Shown here in pieces: positions 34,806-44,091 of a DNA stretch of 64,000 nucleotides; position 1 is the stretch's first letter, and each line of letters begins with the position of its first letter. The DNA is from an uncultured Planctomycetaceae bacterium (GTDB lineage: Bacteria > Planctomycetota > UBA1135 > GCA-002686595): contig CAYPTB010000058.1 in the NCBI GenBank assembly GCA_964413535.1, positions 1 through 64,000 on the forward strand, in the 5' to 3' direction. The position numbers and the translations under genes were made by a program. Under the pieces are notes generated by a model. The model ran no database searches, was not told where the DNA came from, and saw nothing but the letters and a program-made list of their open reading frames with translations.

Positions 34806-36268
34806 GTCGCTGGCAGCTCCTGCAGGAACTCTTCGACGAGACGGTCGATCTCGAGCCGGACGCGCGCCTGCGCCTCCTGCGCGAACGAACGGCGGGTGAC
34901 GCCGAGCTGGTCCGACTCGTCGAGGGGCTCGCGGCCGCGGACCGCTCTCCGCTCGCGGGCTTCGAGCGCTCGGCCGCCGAGCTCCTCGCCGCGCTGGGTC
35001 CCGAGCCGCCGGCGGAGGAGCTGTGCGGCCGGACCCTCGGCGCCTACCGCATCGAGGAGCACCTCTCGAGCGGCGGCATGGGCCGCGTCTATCGCGCCAC
35101 GCGCAGCGCCGCCGGCACCGAGCGGCGCGTCGCGCTGAAGGTGTTGCGCCCCGGGCTCGACCTCGAGGCGTTCCTCGCGCGCTTCCAGCGCGAGCGCCAG
35201 GTGCTCGCGGCGCTCGAGCACGAGCACATCGTCGCCTTCCTCGACGCCGGCGCGCTGCCCGACGGTCGTCCGTTCCTGGTGATGGAGTACGTCGCCGGCG
35301 TCCCGATCACGGAATGGGTGCGCGCCACGCAGGCCACGCAGCGGAGACGGATCGAGCTCTTCCTGGGCGTGTGCGCGGCCGTGCAGTACGCGCACCGCAT
35401 GCTGGTCGTGCACTGCGACCTCAAGCCCTCGAACGTGCTGGTGACGGCGCAGGGCGTGCCGAAGCTGCTCGACTTCGGGGTCGCTTCCGTCCTGGCGGAC
35501 GAGGCCGAGTCCGCGGGTCGAGCTCCGCTCACGCCGGCTTACGCTTCACCGGAAGCGCTGGCAGGCGCACGGCCGACGGCGGCCTGCGACGTGTACTCCC
35601 TCGGCGTTCTGCTGCAGGAGTGCCTGTCCGGCGAGCTCCCGCGCTCCGGGCGAACACCCGCGCTCGGCCGCGACCTCGACGCCATCGTCGCCAAAGCCGT
35701 CGAGCAGGACCCCGCGCAGCGCTACGAGTCCGTCGATCGCTTGGGCGACGACTTGCGCCGGCACCTCGCCGGCCAGCCCCTCGCGGCGCGCGAGCACGGC
35801 TGGCGCTATCGCGCCGCGTGCTTCGCACGGCGCCGGCGCTGGTCGCTCCTCAGCGCGACGGCGGTGGTCGCCGCATTGATCCTCGGCTGGGTCAGCTCGG
35901 ACCTCGGACGGCGCAGTGCCGAGCGCGAATCGGCGCGCGGCTGGCGCGCGCACGCAGAGGTCAAGGCCGTCGCGCGCATCCTGGAGGGCTGGGTCCTCGC
36001 CAGCGCGCGGGAGAACGAGGGCCGCTGCGAGCGCGCCGCGGCGCACCTCGAGGCGGCGCTCGCGGAGGACCTCGCAGCCTTCCCGGAGGCCGAGACGCTC
36101 GTGCGCCTGACGCTGGCGCGGCTCTACCTCGACCGGGGCGAGCACGCGCGCGCGCGCGTGCACGCCGAGCGCGCGTGGGAGCTGGCGCAGACGGCGAGCG
36201 GGGTCGGTCCCACCGAGCGCGCGCGTGCAGCCGAGCTGCGGGCGCTCGCCGGCAGCGGACCGCGCTGA
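34802..36268 (+). CDS. Serine/threonine protein kinase (Hanks type) with one TM helix and a C-terminal helical (TPR-like) domain
   Basis: The Gly-loop is LSSGGMGRVYRA. The catalytic loop HCDLKPSNVL, the LDFGVA DFG motif and the APE motif SPE are present. The TM helix is LLSATAVVAALILGWV. Confidence 0.85.
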   Translation: MSRWQLLQELFDETVDLEPDARLRLLRERTAGDAELVRLVEGLAAADRSPLAGFERSAAELLAALGPEPPAEELCGRTLGAYRIEEHLSSGGMGRVYRATRSAAGTERRVALKVLRPGLDLEAFLARFQRERQVLAALEHEHIVAFLDAGALPDGRPFLVMEYVAGVPITEWVRATQATQRRRIELFLGVCAAVQYAHRMLVVHCDLKPSNVLVTAQGVPKLLDFGVASVLADEAESAGRAPLTPAYASPEALAGARPTAACDVYSLGVLLQECLSGELPRSGRTPALGRDLDAIVAKAVEQDPAQRYESVDRLGDDLRRHLAGQPLAAREHGWRYRAACFARRRRWSLLSATAVVAALILGWVSSDLGRRSAERESARGWRAHAEVKAVARILEGWVLASARENEGRCERAAAHLEAALAEDLAAFPEAETLVRLTLARLYLDRGEHARARVHAERAWELAQTASGVGPTERARAAELRALAGSGPR

Positions 36269-36802
36269 GCGCCCGTCCTCAGCCGATCTCAGCGGGAGGT
36301 GACCGAGGGCGCGCCGCGGTCTGAGCAGGTCGGCCGAGCGGCTCGCTCGGGGCCTCGCCGGGCGCTGCGCCAGCGCGCGGTGACTTTTCCAGCGCCCGAG
36401 CTGGAGCGCTTCTTTTGGGAACTGCCTGGCTTTCGTGTTGGCTGCGGGGGGATGCACTGCCAGAACTCCCCTGCCCGCGCGGATTTGTCTCGACGGCTCC
36501 ACGGAGCAGGGCCCCCGACCTCGGTCTGCGACTCCAACCTTCTCGCAGACCGCATCGTGCGTCGGGGGCCTCCACACGAAACCCAGGCAGTTCTCTTCTT
36601 TTGCATTCCGTTGGGCCTCGGCCAAGATGGGTCCGAACAGCCGGAGGGAGCGCAGGGCACGGCGCGGCGCGCGCAGGCCGGAATCACGGAGATTCCTGGC
36701 AGGCGGCGCGTGTCCCTTGCGCCACGGGGGTGGGGGAGGAGCGGCGGAGTCGAGTTCCCCGCCCACCCGAGAACGATCTGAACCCATCACCCCGAGACGA
36801 CC

Positions 36803-37627
36803 ATGTCCACTCCCATCGCTCCCCCTCGATCCCAGATGGCGGCCGCTCCCGTCGCGAGCCGCGCGGCGACCTCGACCTCGCAGTCCAGTTCCTGGCTCGG
36901 CCGCGCGCTCGCCCTCGCCTACGGATCCCTCGCCTACGTCTGCTTCCTCGGCACCTTCCTGTACGCGATCGGCTTCGTCACCGGCTTCCTGGTCCCGAAG
37001 ACCGTGGACGGCGGAGCGAGTGCCGGCTGGACCGAAGCGCTGCTCGTGAACGGCGGCTTCCTCGCGCTCTTCGCGGTGCAGCACACGATCATGGCGCGGC
37101 GCGCGTTCAAGCGGCGCTGGACGCGCATCGTGCCGGCCGTGATCGAGCGCTCGACGTTCGTGCTCGTGACCTGCGCCATCCTGGTCGGGATGTTCTGGCA
37201 GTGGCGTCACATGCCGGGAACGGTGTGGGCGGTAGAGGGGCCGATCGCTTGGCTGCTCGCGGGCGTCGGCCTCCTCGGTTGGGGCGTGGTGCTCCTCTCG
37301 TCGTTCCTGATCGATCACTTCGAGCTCTTCGGCCTACGCCAGGTCGTCCGCAATTTCCTGGGCAAGCTTCCCGAAGCCCCGCAGTTCCGCGAGCGCTCGC
37401 TCTATCGCCGCGTGCGCCACCCGCTCATGCTCGGGTTCCTGCTGGCGTTCTGGTTCACGCCCGTCATGAGCATGGGACACCTCTTCTTCGCCGCGATGTG
37501 CACCGGTTACATCCTGGTGGGCGTGCGGATCGAGGAGGCGACGCTCGTCGCAGAGCACGGCGCGAGCTACCTCGACTACCGGCGGCGCGTGCCGGGGCTC
37601 CTGCCGCTGCGGCGCCCCGTCGCGTAG
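36803..37627 (+). CDS. ICMT/PEMT-family membrane methyltransferase (MddA / NnrU-like)
   Basis: Polytopic membrane protein. The C-terminal motifs RRVRHPLMLGFLLAFWFTPVMS...EEATLVAEHGASYLDYRRRVP are typical of isoprenylcysteine carboxyl methyltransferase-like enzymes. Confidence 0.6.
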   Translation: MSTPIAPPRSQMAAAPVASRAATSTSQSSSWLGRALALAYGSLAYVCFLGTFLYAIGFVTGFLVPKTVDGGASAGWTEALLVNGGFLALFAVQHTIMARRAFKRRWTRIVPAVIERSTFVLVTCAILVGMFWQWRHMPGTVWAVEGPIAWLLAGVGLLGWGVVLLSSFLIDHFELFGLRQVVRNFLGKLPEAPQFRERSLYRRVRHPLMLGFLLAFWFTPVMSMGHLFFAAMCTGYILVGVRIEEATLVAEHGASYLDYRRRVPGLLPLRRPVA

Positions 37628-37756
37628 GGGCGTGTAGCGCACGGGCACGAGCGCGAGCCGAGCGCCGGCGCGGGTCGACCGCGCCGGCGTTCGCGTTCGT
37701 GGGCGGCAGCGCTTCCTCCGAGCTCCCGCTCGCCGCGCCTCTCGCGGGCGCTTGGC

Positions 37757-38227
37757 TCAGAGCTGCCAGAGGCCGTGGTCGATGCCGCCCTGGACGTAGA
37801 TCGCGAACCTGCCGAGGCCGGGGATCTCCCAGGGCGGGTGGGCGATCTGGCCGCCGGCCGCCTCGGCGGCCTCGACCGCGGCCTCGATGTCGTCCACCAA
37901 GACGTAGGGCCGCACGACGGGGTTCTCGTCCGCGCGCAGCGGCGCGCGCACGCCGATCCGCCCGCCGCCGTTCAGCTCGGCCGTCCGAGCGTGACCGAGG
38001 CCTGGCTCCGGCTGGCCGAAGGTCACGCCGTGCAGTTTCGCCAGCGCGGCGCACGTCGCCTCCACGTCGGGGGTGACGATCTCGAGATAGTGGAGGTGAA
38101 CTCGTTCCTCCTTCGAGGGCGGCGGTTCCGCTTTCGCCTGCGGGAGCGCCGTGCCGGAGGTGACGAGCGTGAGGGCGGCGATCGCGGCGCCCGCGAGCGC
38201 CGAGCACGCGTGGAGCACGTTCTTCAT
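37757..38227 (-). CDS. VOC (glyoxalase/bleomycin-resistance fold) family protein, secreted
   Basis: The signal is MKNVLHACSALAGAAIAALTLVTSGTALPQA. Motifs HLHYLEIVTPDVEATCAALAKLHG and GRFAIYVQGGIDHGLWQ are present. The start is ATG at 38227. Confidence 0.65.
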   Translation of the reverse strand: MKNVLHACSALAGAAIAALTLVTSGTALPQAKAEPPPSKEERVHLHYLEIVTPDVEATCAALAKLHGVTFGQPEPGLGHARTAELNGGGRIGVRAPLRADENPVVRPYVLVDDIEAAVEAAEAAGGQIAHPPWEIPGLGRFAIYVQGGIDHGLWQL

Positions 38228-38409
38228 CCCGCGAGCGTAACGCGGGGCGCGGCTTCGGCTCCAGCGTCGGCGCGCTCGTTCGCGGGGCCGCGGATCGACC
38301 GGCGCCGGCTCAGCAGTGGTTGCGGGGCATCCGCTCCTTCGGGTGCGGGGGTAGAGCTGGCCCAGGAGGTACGCGACCTCGTACTTGCGCGCGTCGAAGC
38401 GCAGGAGCG

Positions 38410-39837
38410 TCAGCGGGACGACGAGCGGGACAGCGCCGAGCGCGCCGCGTGGAAGCCGCACAAGCCGTGCACGCCGCCGCCGGGCGGCGTCGACGACGAG
38501 CACAGGAAGATCGCCGGGTCGGGCGTCGAATACGGATCGAGGCGCAGCGCCGGGCGTGTGAAGAACTGCGACCAGTTCTGCAGGCCGCCGTTGATGTCGC
38601 CGCCCACGTAGTTCGCGTCGTAGCGCTCGAAGTCGGCGGGGCGCAAGACGTGCTGGGCGACGATGCGGTCGCGGAAGCCGGGCGCGAAGCGCTCGATCTG
38701 CGCGAGGATCGCGTCGGTCGCGTCGCCCGGCCAAGCGTTCGGGACGTGGCAGTAGGCCCACACGACGTGCCGGCCGGCGGGCGCGCGCGTCGGGTCGAAG
38801 CTCGACGGCTGGCTCACGAGCACGAACGGGCGCTCGTGCACGCGACCGCGCGCGACGTCGAGCTCGGAGGCCATGATCTCCTCGAGGCGGCCGCCGACGT
38901 GCACGGTGCCGGCGCGGCCGCAGTCGGCGTCGCGCCACGGGATCGGGCCGTCGAGGACGAGGTCGAGCTTGAAGGCGGCGGGGCCGTGGCGGTAGCGGGC
39001 GAGCTGCGCGGCGTAACGGCCGCCGAGGCGCCCGTCGGAGACGGCGAGGACGTCCCGCGGGACTAGGTCGAGCAGCGCGACCTGGTGCGGCGGCAGCTCG
39101 CGCAGGCTCTGCACGCGGTGGCCGGTCTCGATCTCGCCGCCGTGCTCGCGCAGACAGGCCGCGAGCGCGTCCGCGATCTTCTGCGAACCGCCGCGCGGGA
39201 GCGGCCAGCCGACGGCGTGGCCGGCGACGAGCAGCGCGAGGCCGATCCCGCCCGTCAGCGGCGCGTCGAGCGGCAGGAACGAGTGCGCGCCCGAGCCTGC
39301 GACGAGCGCGCGCGCGGCGGGCGAGCGGTAGCGGCGCGCGAGCATGGCGGCGGGGAGCAGCGCGGGGAGCGCGAAGCGCGCGAGCGCGGGCCGGCGCAGG
39401 AGCGCCGTGGGCCGCAGCGGGCCGAGCAGCGCGTCGACGATCGGGCTCCAGAGCTCGACGAGCGGCCCGAAGGCCGCCGCGTAGTCGCGCGCGTCCTCGC
39501 GGTCGTCGAAGGACGCGGCCGTCTCGCGCACGCTGCGCAAGAGCAGCGCCGTCGGGCCGTCGTCGAGCGGGTGCGCGAGCTCGATCGGCGGCTCGACCCA
39601 CTCGAGGCCATGCCGCTCGAGCGCGAGCTCGCGGAAGAAGGGCGACGAGCGCGCCATCGGGTGCACGGCGCTGCACACGTCGTGCAGGACGCCCGGCTCG
39701 GTGAGCTCGGCCGTGCGGCAGCCGCCGCCGACCGTGTCGCGCGCCTCGACGAGGCGCACGCGCTTCCCCTCGCGCGCGAGCGCGATCGCCGCGGCGAGGC
39801 CGTTCGGCCCGCCGCCCACGACGACCGCGTCGATCAC
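38410..39837 (-). CDS. Phytoene-desaturase-family NAD(P)/FAD-dependent oxidoreductase (CrtI-like, COG1233)
   Basis: MIDAVVVGGGPNGLAAAIALAREGKRVRLVEARDTVGGGCRT is the dinucleotide-binding motif. The start is GTG at 39837. Confidence 0.75.
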   Translation of the reverse strand: MIDAVVVGGGPNGLAAAIALAREGKRVRLVEARDTVGGGCRTAELTEPGVLHDVCSAVHPMARSSPFFRELALERHGLEWVEPPIELAHPLDDGPTALLLRSVRETAASFDDREDARDYAAAFGPLVELWSPIVDALLGPLRPTALLRRPALARFALPALLPAAMLARRYRSPAARALVAGSGAHSFLPLDAPLTGGIGLALLVAGHAVGWPLPRGGSQKIADALAACLREHGGEIETGHRVQSLRELPPHQVALLDLVPRDVLAVSDGRLGGRYAAQLARYRHGPAAFKLDLVLDGPIPWRDADCGRAGTVHVGGRLEEIMASELDVARGRVHERPFVLVSQPSSFDPTRAPAGRHVVWAYCHVPNAWPGDATDAILAQIERFAPGFRDRIVAQHVLRPADFERYDANYVGGDINGGLQNWSQFFTRPALRLDPYSTPDPAIFLCSSSTPPGGGVHGLCGFHAARSALSRSSSR

Positions 39838-39896
39838 GGGGCTCCGAACGGGGCCGCGTCGGGGTTGGCGATGAAGGGCTGCACGAGCGCGGGAGC

Positions 39897-40100
39897 CTAC
39901 TCCTCGTCGGACTCGAGCCGGTCAGCGCCGCTCGCGGACGACGCGGACGACATCTCGACGAAGTCGCGGTTCACCCGAGAGCCCTTCCGGCCAGACCCTC
40001 GTCATCCGCTCGGACGGAGTCGTCGCGCGCAACTTTGGATCCTCGGCGGGATCGTGGAGGTAGTCCGAGCGGTCCACGGCGACGAGTCTACCCGCGGCGG
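39897..40100. repeat. Repeat copy A: a decayed, internally deleted copy of the approx 400-bp element found after the SNF2 gene (copy B)
   Basis: It aligns to 43473-43875 in the same orientation: ctactcct...ctcgagcc, ccgctcgcggacgacgcggacgacatctcgacgaagtcgcggttcacccgagagcccttcc, tcatccgctcggacggagtcgtcg, ggatcctcggcgggatcgtggag and gtccgagcggtccacggcgacgagtctacccg. It lacks about 145 bp corresponding to 43497-43640 and about 60 bp of other insertions. Confidence 0.7.
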
Positions 40101-40240
40101 TCCTCCCTCACATGCCGGCTCGACGCGCACCGGGCGCGCGCAGCGCGGGCATCTCGTCGCGCCCCGTCACGCGGCCCGCGAGGTCCGTCGAGCCGCGCAC
40201 CGGGTCTGCTAGGCTCTCACGCGACACGGGCGAGCAGCGG

Positions 40241-43200
40241 ATGGCGGACGAGAGCATCGGGGAGGTCGTGCTCGCGGAGAGATGGAAGCGGTTCTTCCCG
40301 GCCGCGATCCGCGTGCGCGGTGCCGCCTACGCTCGCGACGGGCTCGTCGACGTCACGGAGCTCGAAGAGGGGCTCGTGCAGGCCGTGGTCCAGGGGAGGA
40401 CCGCCTACGACGTCTGCATCGATTGGAGCGATCCGGACGCGCCGATGGGATCCTGCACGTGCTCCGGGTTCGACGCGTTCGGCCCGTGCAAGCACATGTG
40501 GGCGCTCGTCCTGCGCCTGGAGGGCGCGACCGAGGCCGCCGGGAGGCGCAGCGGGTCCATCGGACGTGAGGATCCACGCCGGAGCCCCTGGCGCGCCCGC
40601 CTGGACGGTTTGCGCGCAGCCGTCGAGCATGCGGCCCGAGCTGCGGCCGAGCTCGGGGAGCGGAACCCGTGGCACGGCTCGATCGAGCCCGACTTCGAGA
40701 TTCGCTACGTGATCTCGGTCGAGGGATCGCGGGACACGGGCGGTCTGCTCGTGGAGCCGCGCATCCGCCGCCGCAAGAAGAACGGTGGATGGGGGGCGGA
40801 GCGCGCTTTCTCGCCCGGCGGCCGGGGAGCTTCTGGGCTCGACATGTCCGACCGGCGGATCTTCGCCGTGCTCGAGGGAGCGGGCGACGACGTCGGCTAC
40901 TTTTGGCCTCGCTCCGCCCTCGCGGAGTACCGCGTCGAAGGCGAGCTCCTGCCCGTCGTGCTCCCCATTCTCGTCGCCAGCGGACGCTCGTTCGCGAGGA
41001 GCGCCTCCAAGTTCTTCGGACCGCTCGTGCTCGACGAAGGTCCGAGCTGGCACCCGTCGTTCGACCTCGAGCGCGACGCGGAATCGCTCGTCCTGCGCGC
41101 GGCGCTGGTCCGGGGCGAGGAGCGGATGGACGTGGCCGAGCCCGACTTCCTGCTCGACGGCGGATACCTCGTGGTCCGCGACGTCGTCGCCCGCTTCGAC
41201 GAGGCGGGCGCGTGGATCCTCGCGACCGAGCTGCGCGCCAACGGGGTGCTGCGCGCGCCCGTCGACGGGCACGCGCGGCTCCTCGAGATGCTGGCGCGGC
41301 TCCCCGCGCGCGTTCTCGGTCACGTCGACGGGATGGAGGTCTCGGGTCAGGGGACCCCACGACCGTGTCTCCACGTGGAATCCCCACGCGACGGTCCCGC
41401 TCGGGGGAATCCGAAGCTCGACTGCCGCATCGCGTTCGAGTACGGGAGCGAGCTCGTCGCTCCCGAGGATCCGCGCGAGCTCCTGCCGAGCGCGGGCGCG
41501 GGGAGCTACTCCGCGCGCGACTTCGCGGCGGAGCGCGAAGCGCTGCGGCGCTTCCGGGACTGCGGCGGCGAGCGCTCGGCCGGCACAGGGCGCGAATCGG
41601 GCAACGGAGCCGTGCCCGCGCGGCGCCTGCCGGCGCTGGCCCTCGCCTTGACCGAGGAGGGGTGGCGCGTCGAGGCGGAGGGCAGGCGCTGGCGACGGTC
41701 GCAGGGCTTCGCGCTTTCCGTCCGCTCCGGCACGGATTGGTTCGACCTGGAGGGCGGCATGGACTTCGGCGGCGAGACCGCCGGCCTGCCGGCGCTGCTC
41801 GCGGCGGCGCGCGCCGGCGAGCGGACGGTGCTGCTCGGCGACGGCTCGTTCGGCTTGCTTCCCGAGCGCTGGCTGGAGGACTGGGGCCTGCTCCAGCTCG
41901 CCCGGGAGGAGCGGGCGGGGGCTCTGCGCTTCGCGCAGAACCAAGGCTGGTTGCTGGACGCCATGCTGCTCGCCCGCGAAGGCGTCGAGGTCGACGCGGG
42001 CTTCGCGCGGCTGCGCGAGCGGCTGGCCGGATTCGACGGGATCACCCCCGGAGTGGAGCCGCGCGGGTTCGAGGGGACGCTGCGCGGGTACCAGCGAGCT
42101 GGCCTGGGGTGGTTCGCGTTCCTGCGCGACCTCGGATTCGGCGGTTGTCTCGCGGACGACATGGGGCTCGGCAAGACGGTGCAGGTGCTCGCCCTGCTCG
42201 AGTCGCGGCGGTGCGAGCTCGCCGGCGATCACCGGCCTTCGCTCGTCGTGGCTCCGCGCTCGCTCGTCTTCAACTGGATCGACGAGGCGGCACGCTTCAC
42301 GCCGCGGCTCGCGACGCTCGACTACACGGGCATCGACCGCCGCGAGCGCCTGCGCGCGGCCGGGAGAGTCGACGTCCTCGTGACGACCTACGGCACGCTG
42401 CGCCGCGATGGGCCGGAACTCGCCGAGCGCCGCTTCGACTACCTCGTGCTCGACGAGTCCACGTCCATCAAGAACGCGAGCAGTCAGTCGGCGAAGGCCG
42501 CTCGACTCCTCGCGGCGGAGCATCGGTTGGCGCTCTCGGGCACGCCGATCGAGAACCATCTCGGCGATCTGTGGTCGCTCTTCGAGTTCCTGAACCCGGG
42601 CATGCTCGGGCGCTCGCGCACGTTCCAGGCCTTCGTCACCCGCAGCCCCGGGAGGGCCGGCGCCCCCGATCTCGAGCGCCTGGCGCGCGCGATCCGGCCG
42701 TTCTTCCTGCGCCGCACGAAGGACGAAGTACTCGACGACCTGCCCGAGAAGACCGAACAGACGATCCACTGCGAGCTCGGCCGGTCCGAGCGCAAGGACT
42801 ACGACGAGCTCCGCGCTCACTACCGCGCGAGCCTGCTCCAGCGCGAAGCGGAGGTCGGACTCGGACGGATGAAGATCCACGTGCTCGAGGCGCTCTTGCG
42901 GCTGCGTCAGGCGGCGTTGCACCCGGGTCTGATCGACCCCAAGCGAACGGGCGAGTCGTCGGCCAAGCTCGAAGCGCTCCTGCCGATGCTCGAGCAGCTC
43001 GTGGGAGAGGGCCACAAGGCGCTCGTCTTCTCGCAGTTCACGGCGCTGCTCGACATCGTGAGGAGCCGCCTGGACGCGAGCGGCATCCCCTACGAGTACC
43101 TCGACGGACGCACGCGCAATCGAAAGGAACGGGTCGCACGCTTCCAAGGGGATCGCGCCTGCCCGCTGTTCCTGATCAGCCTCAAGGCCGGCGGCCACGG

Positions 43201-43465
43201 CCTCAACCTCACCGCAGCCGACTACGTGTTCCTGCTCGACCCGTGGTGGAACCCCGCCGTCGAAGCCCAAGCCGTCGATCGCGCCCACCGCATCGGCCGC
43301 ACGCGTCCCGTCGTCGCCTATCGCCTGATCGCGAAGGCCACGGTGGAGGAGAAAGTCCTCGACCTGCAAGCACAGAAACGCGAGCTCGTGAAGACCCTCC
43401 TGGGCGACGGTCGCGCCGTGCTGAAGGACCTCACCCGCGAGGACCTCGAGCGTCTGTTGTCGTGA
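40241..43465 (+). CDS. SNF2-family helicase with an N-terminal SWIM zinc finger (YwqA-like bacterial Snf2)
   Basis: The SWIM motif is [20 protein letters not shown]. The SNF2_N region has [12 protein letters not shown] and [13 protein letters not shown] (a DESH-like box). The HELICc region has [69 protein letters not shown]-like. The start is ATG at 40241 ([10 protein letters not shown]). Confidence 0.85.
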   Translation: [1074 protein letters not shown]

Positions 43466-43472
43466 GCGCGCT

Positions 43473-43683
43473 CTACTCCTCTTCGGCCTCGAGCCAAGCC
43501 ACGTCCCGCAGATCCTTGGGGCGGCCCGAGGAGCGTTTGTTCGTCAACAAGTGCTCGCGCGACAGCACCGGAACCGCGATGCCGGCTATCTCGACCGTGA
43601 TCGCGCGGGCGACCGTGGGCAGCGAGAGCGTGAGCCCCGACGACGAGGTACTCAGCACCGCTCGCGGACAACGCGGACAACAT
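43473..43683 (-). pseudogene. Frameshifted remnant of a small nucleotidyltransferase-fold gene inside repeat copy B
   Basis: One minus-strand frame from ATG 43683 reads MLSALSASGAEYLVVGAHALAAHGRPR (the GS/G..A..hG.PR N-terminal motif). A second frame ends ...VEIAGIAVPVLSREHLLTNKRSSGRPKDLRDVAWLEAEEE* at 43473 (the K.aaGRpKDl.D..L C-terminal motif). The two frames switch near 43595-43610. Confidence 0.45.
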
Positions 43684-43875
43684 GTCGACGAAGTCGCGGT
43701 TCCCCGGCGAGCCCTTCCTTGAAGGCCCACGCCTGCAACGTGAGCTGCCAGACCATCATCATCCGTTCGGATGGAGTCGTCGACCGGAGCTCGGGATCCT
43801 CGTCCGGATCATGGAGCCTCTTCAAGCGCGTCGGATAGGTCGAGCGGTCCACACCGACCCAAGTCTAACCGAACG
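43473..43875. repeat. Repeat copy B, the fuller copy. With copy A it brackets the SWIM-SNF2 gene as imperfect direct repeats.
   Basis: It starts 8 bp after the SNF2 stop. It shares long blocks with 39897-40100 at roughly 75-85% identity within blocks. Confidence 0.7.
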
Positions 43876-44091
43876 GTATTCCGTCCCTCTTCGCGAAGGA
43901 AGTCGTGCTCGAGATCTTCGGCGCGCCCGGGGCACGCAGAAGTGCTCGAACGCATGGTCGAGGTGTTGACGCACCTCGACGCGAAGAGCAGGTAGCGGAT
44001 CGCGGCGAGCGGTCTCGGCGCACGCGGGCACATGGATTGCGGATCGGATCGCCGGGGCGCGTCGGACACCTTCCGAAGAAAACCCTGGACG

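Noticed and set aside
35546-39676. ORFs 35546-37318(-), 36415-38076(+), the N-terminal 480 codons of 37757-39676(-), and 38320-39066(+)
   Set aside because: They are Arg-rich artefacts antisense or off-frame to the kinase, methyltransferase, VOC and CrtI-like genes. Only the last 156 codons of 37757-39676 (the VOC protein) look real.
39085-40212. 375-aa plus-strand ORF spanning repeat copy A and the CrtI-like gene start
   Set aside because: It is off-frame through the oxidoreductase gene and low-complexity. Its only notable segment (STKSRFTREPF...) is the repeat element, which is better explained as a decayed minus-strand gene remnant.
40217-43722. 1050-aa minus-strand and 1017-aa plus-strand ORFs overlapping the SNF2 gene
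   Set aside because: They are Arg/Ala/Gly-rich antisense or off-frame translations. The SNF2 frame has full helicase motifs.
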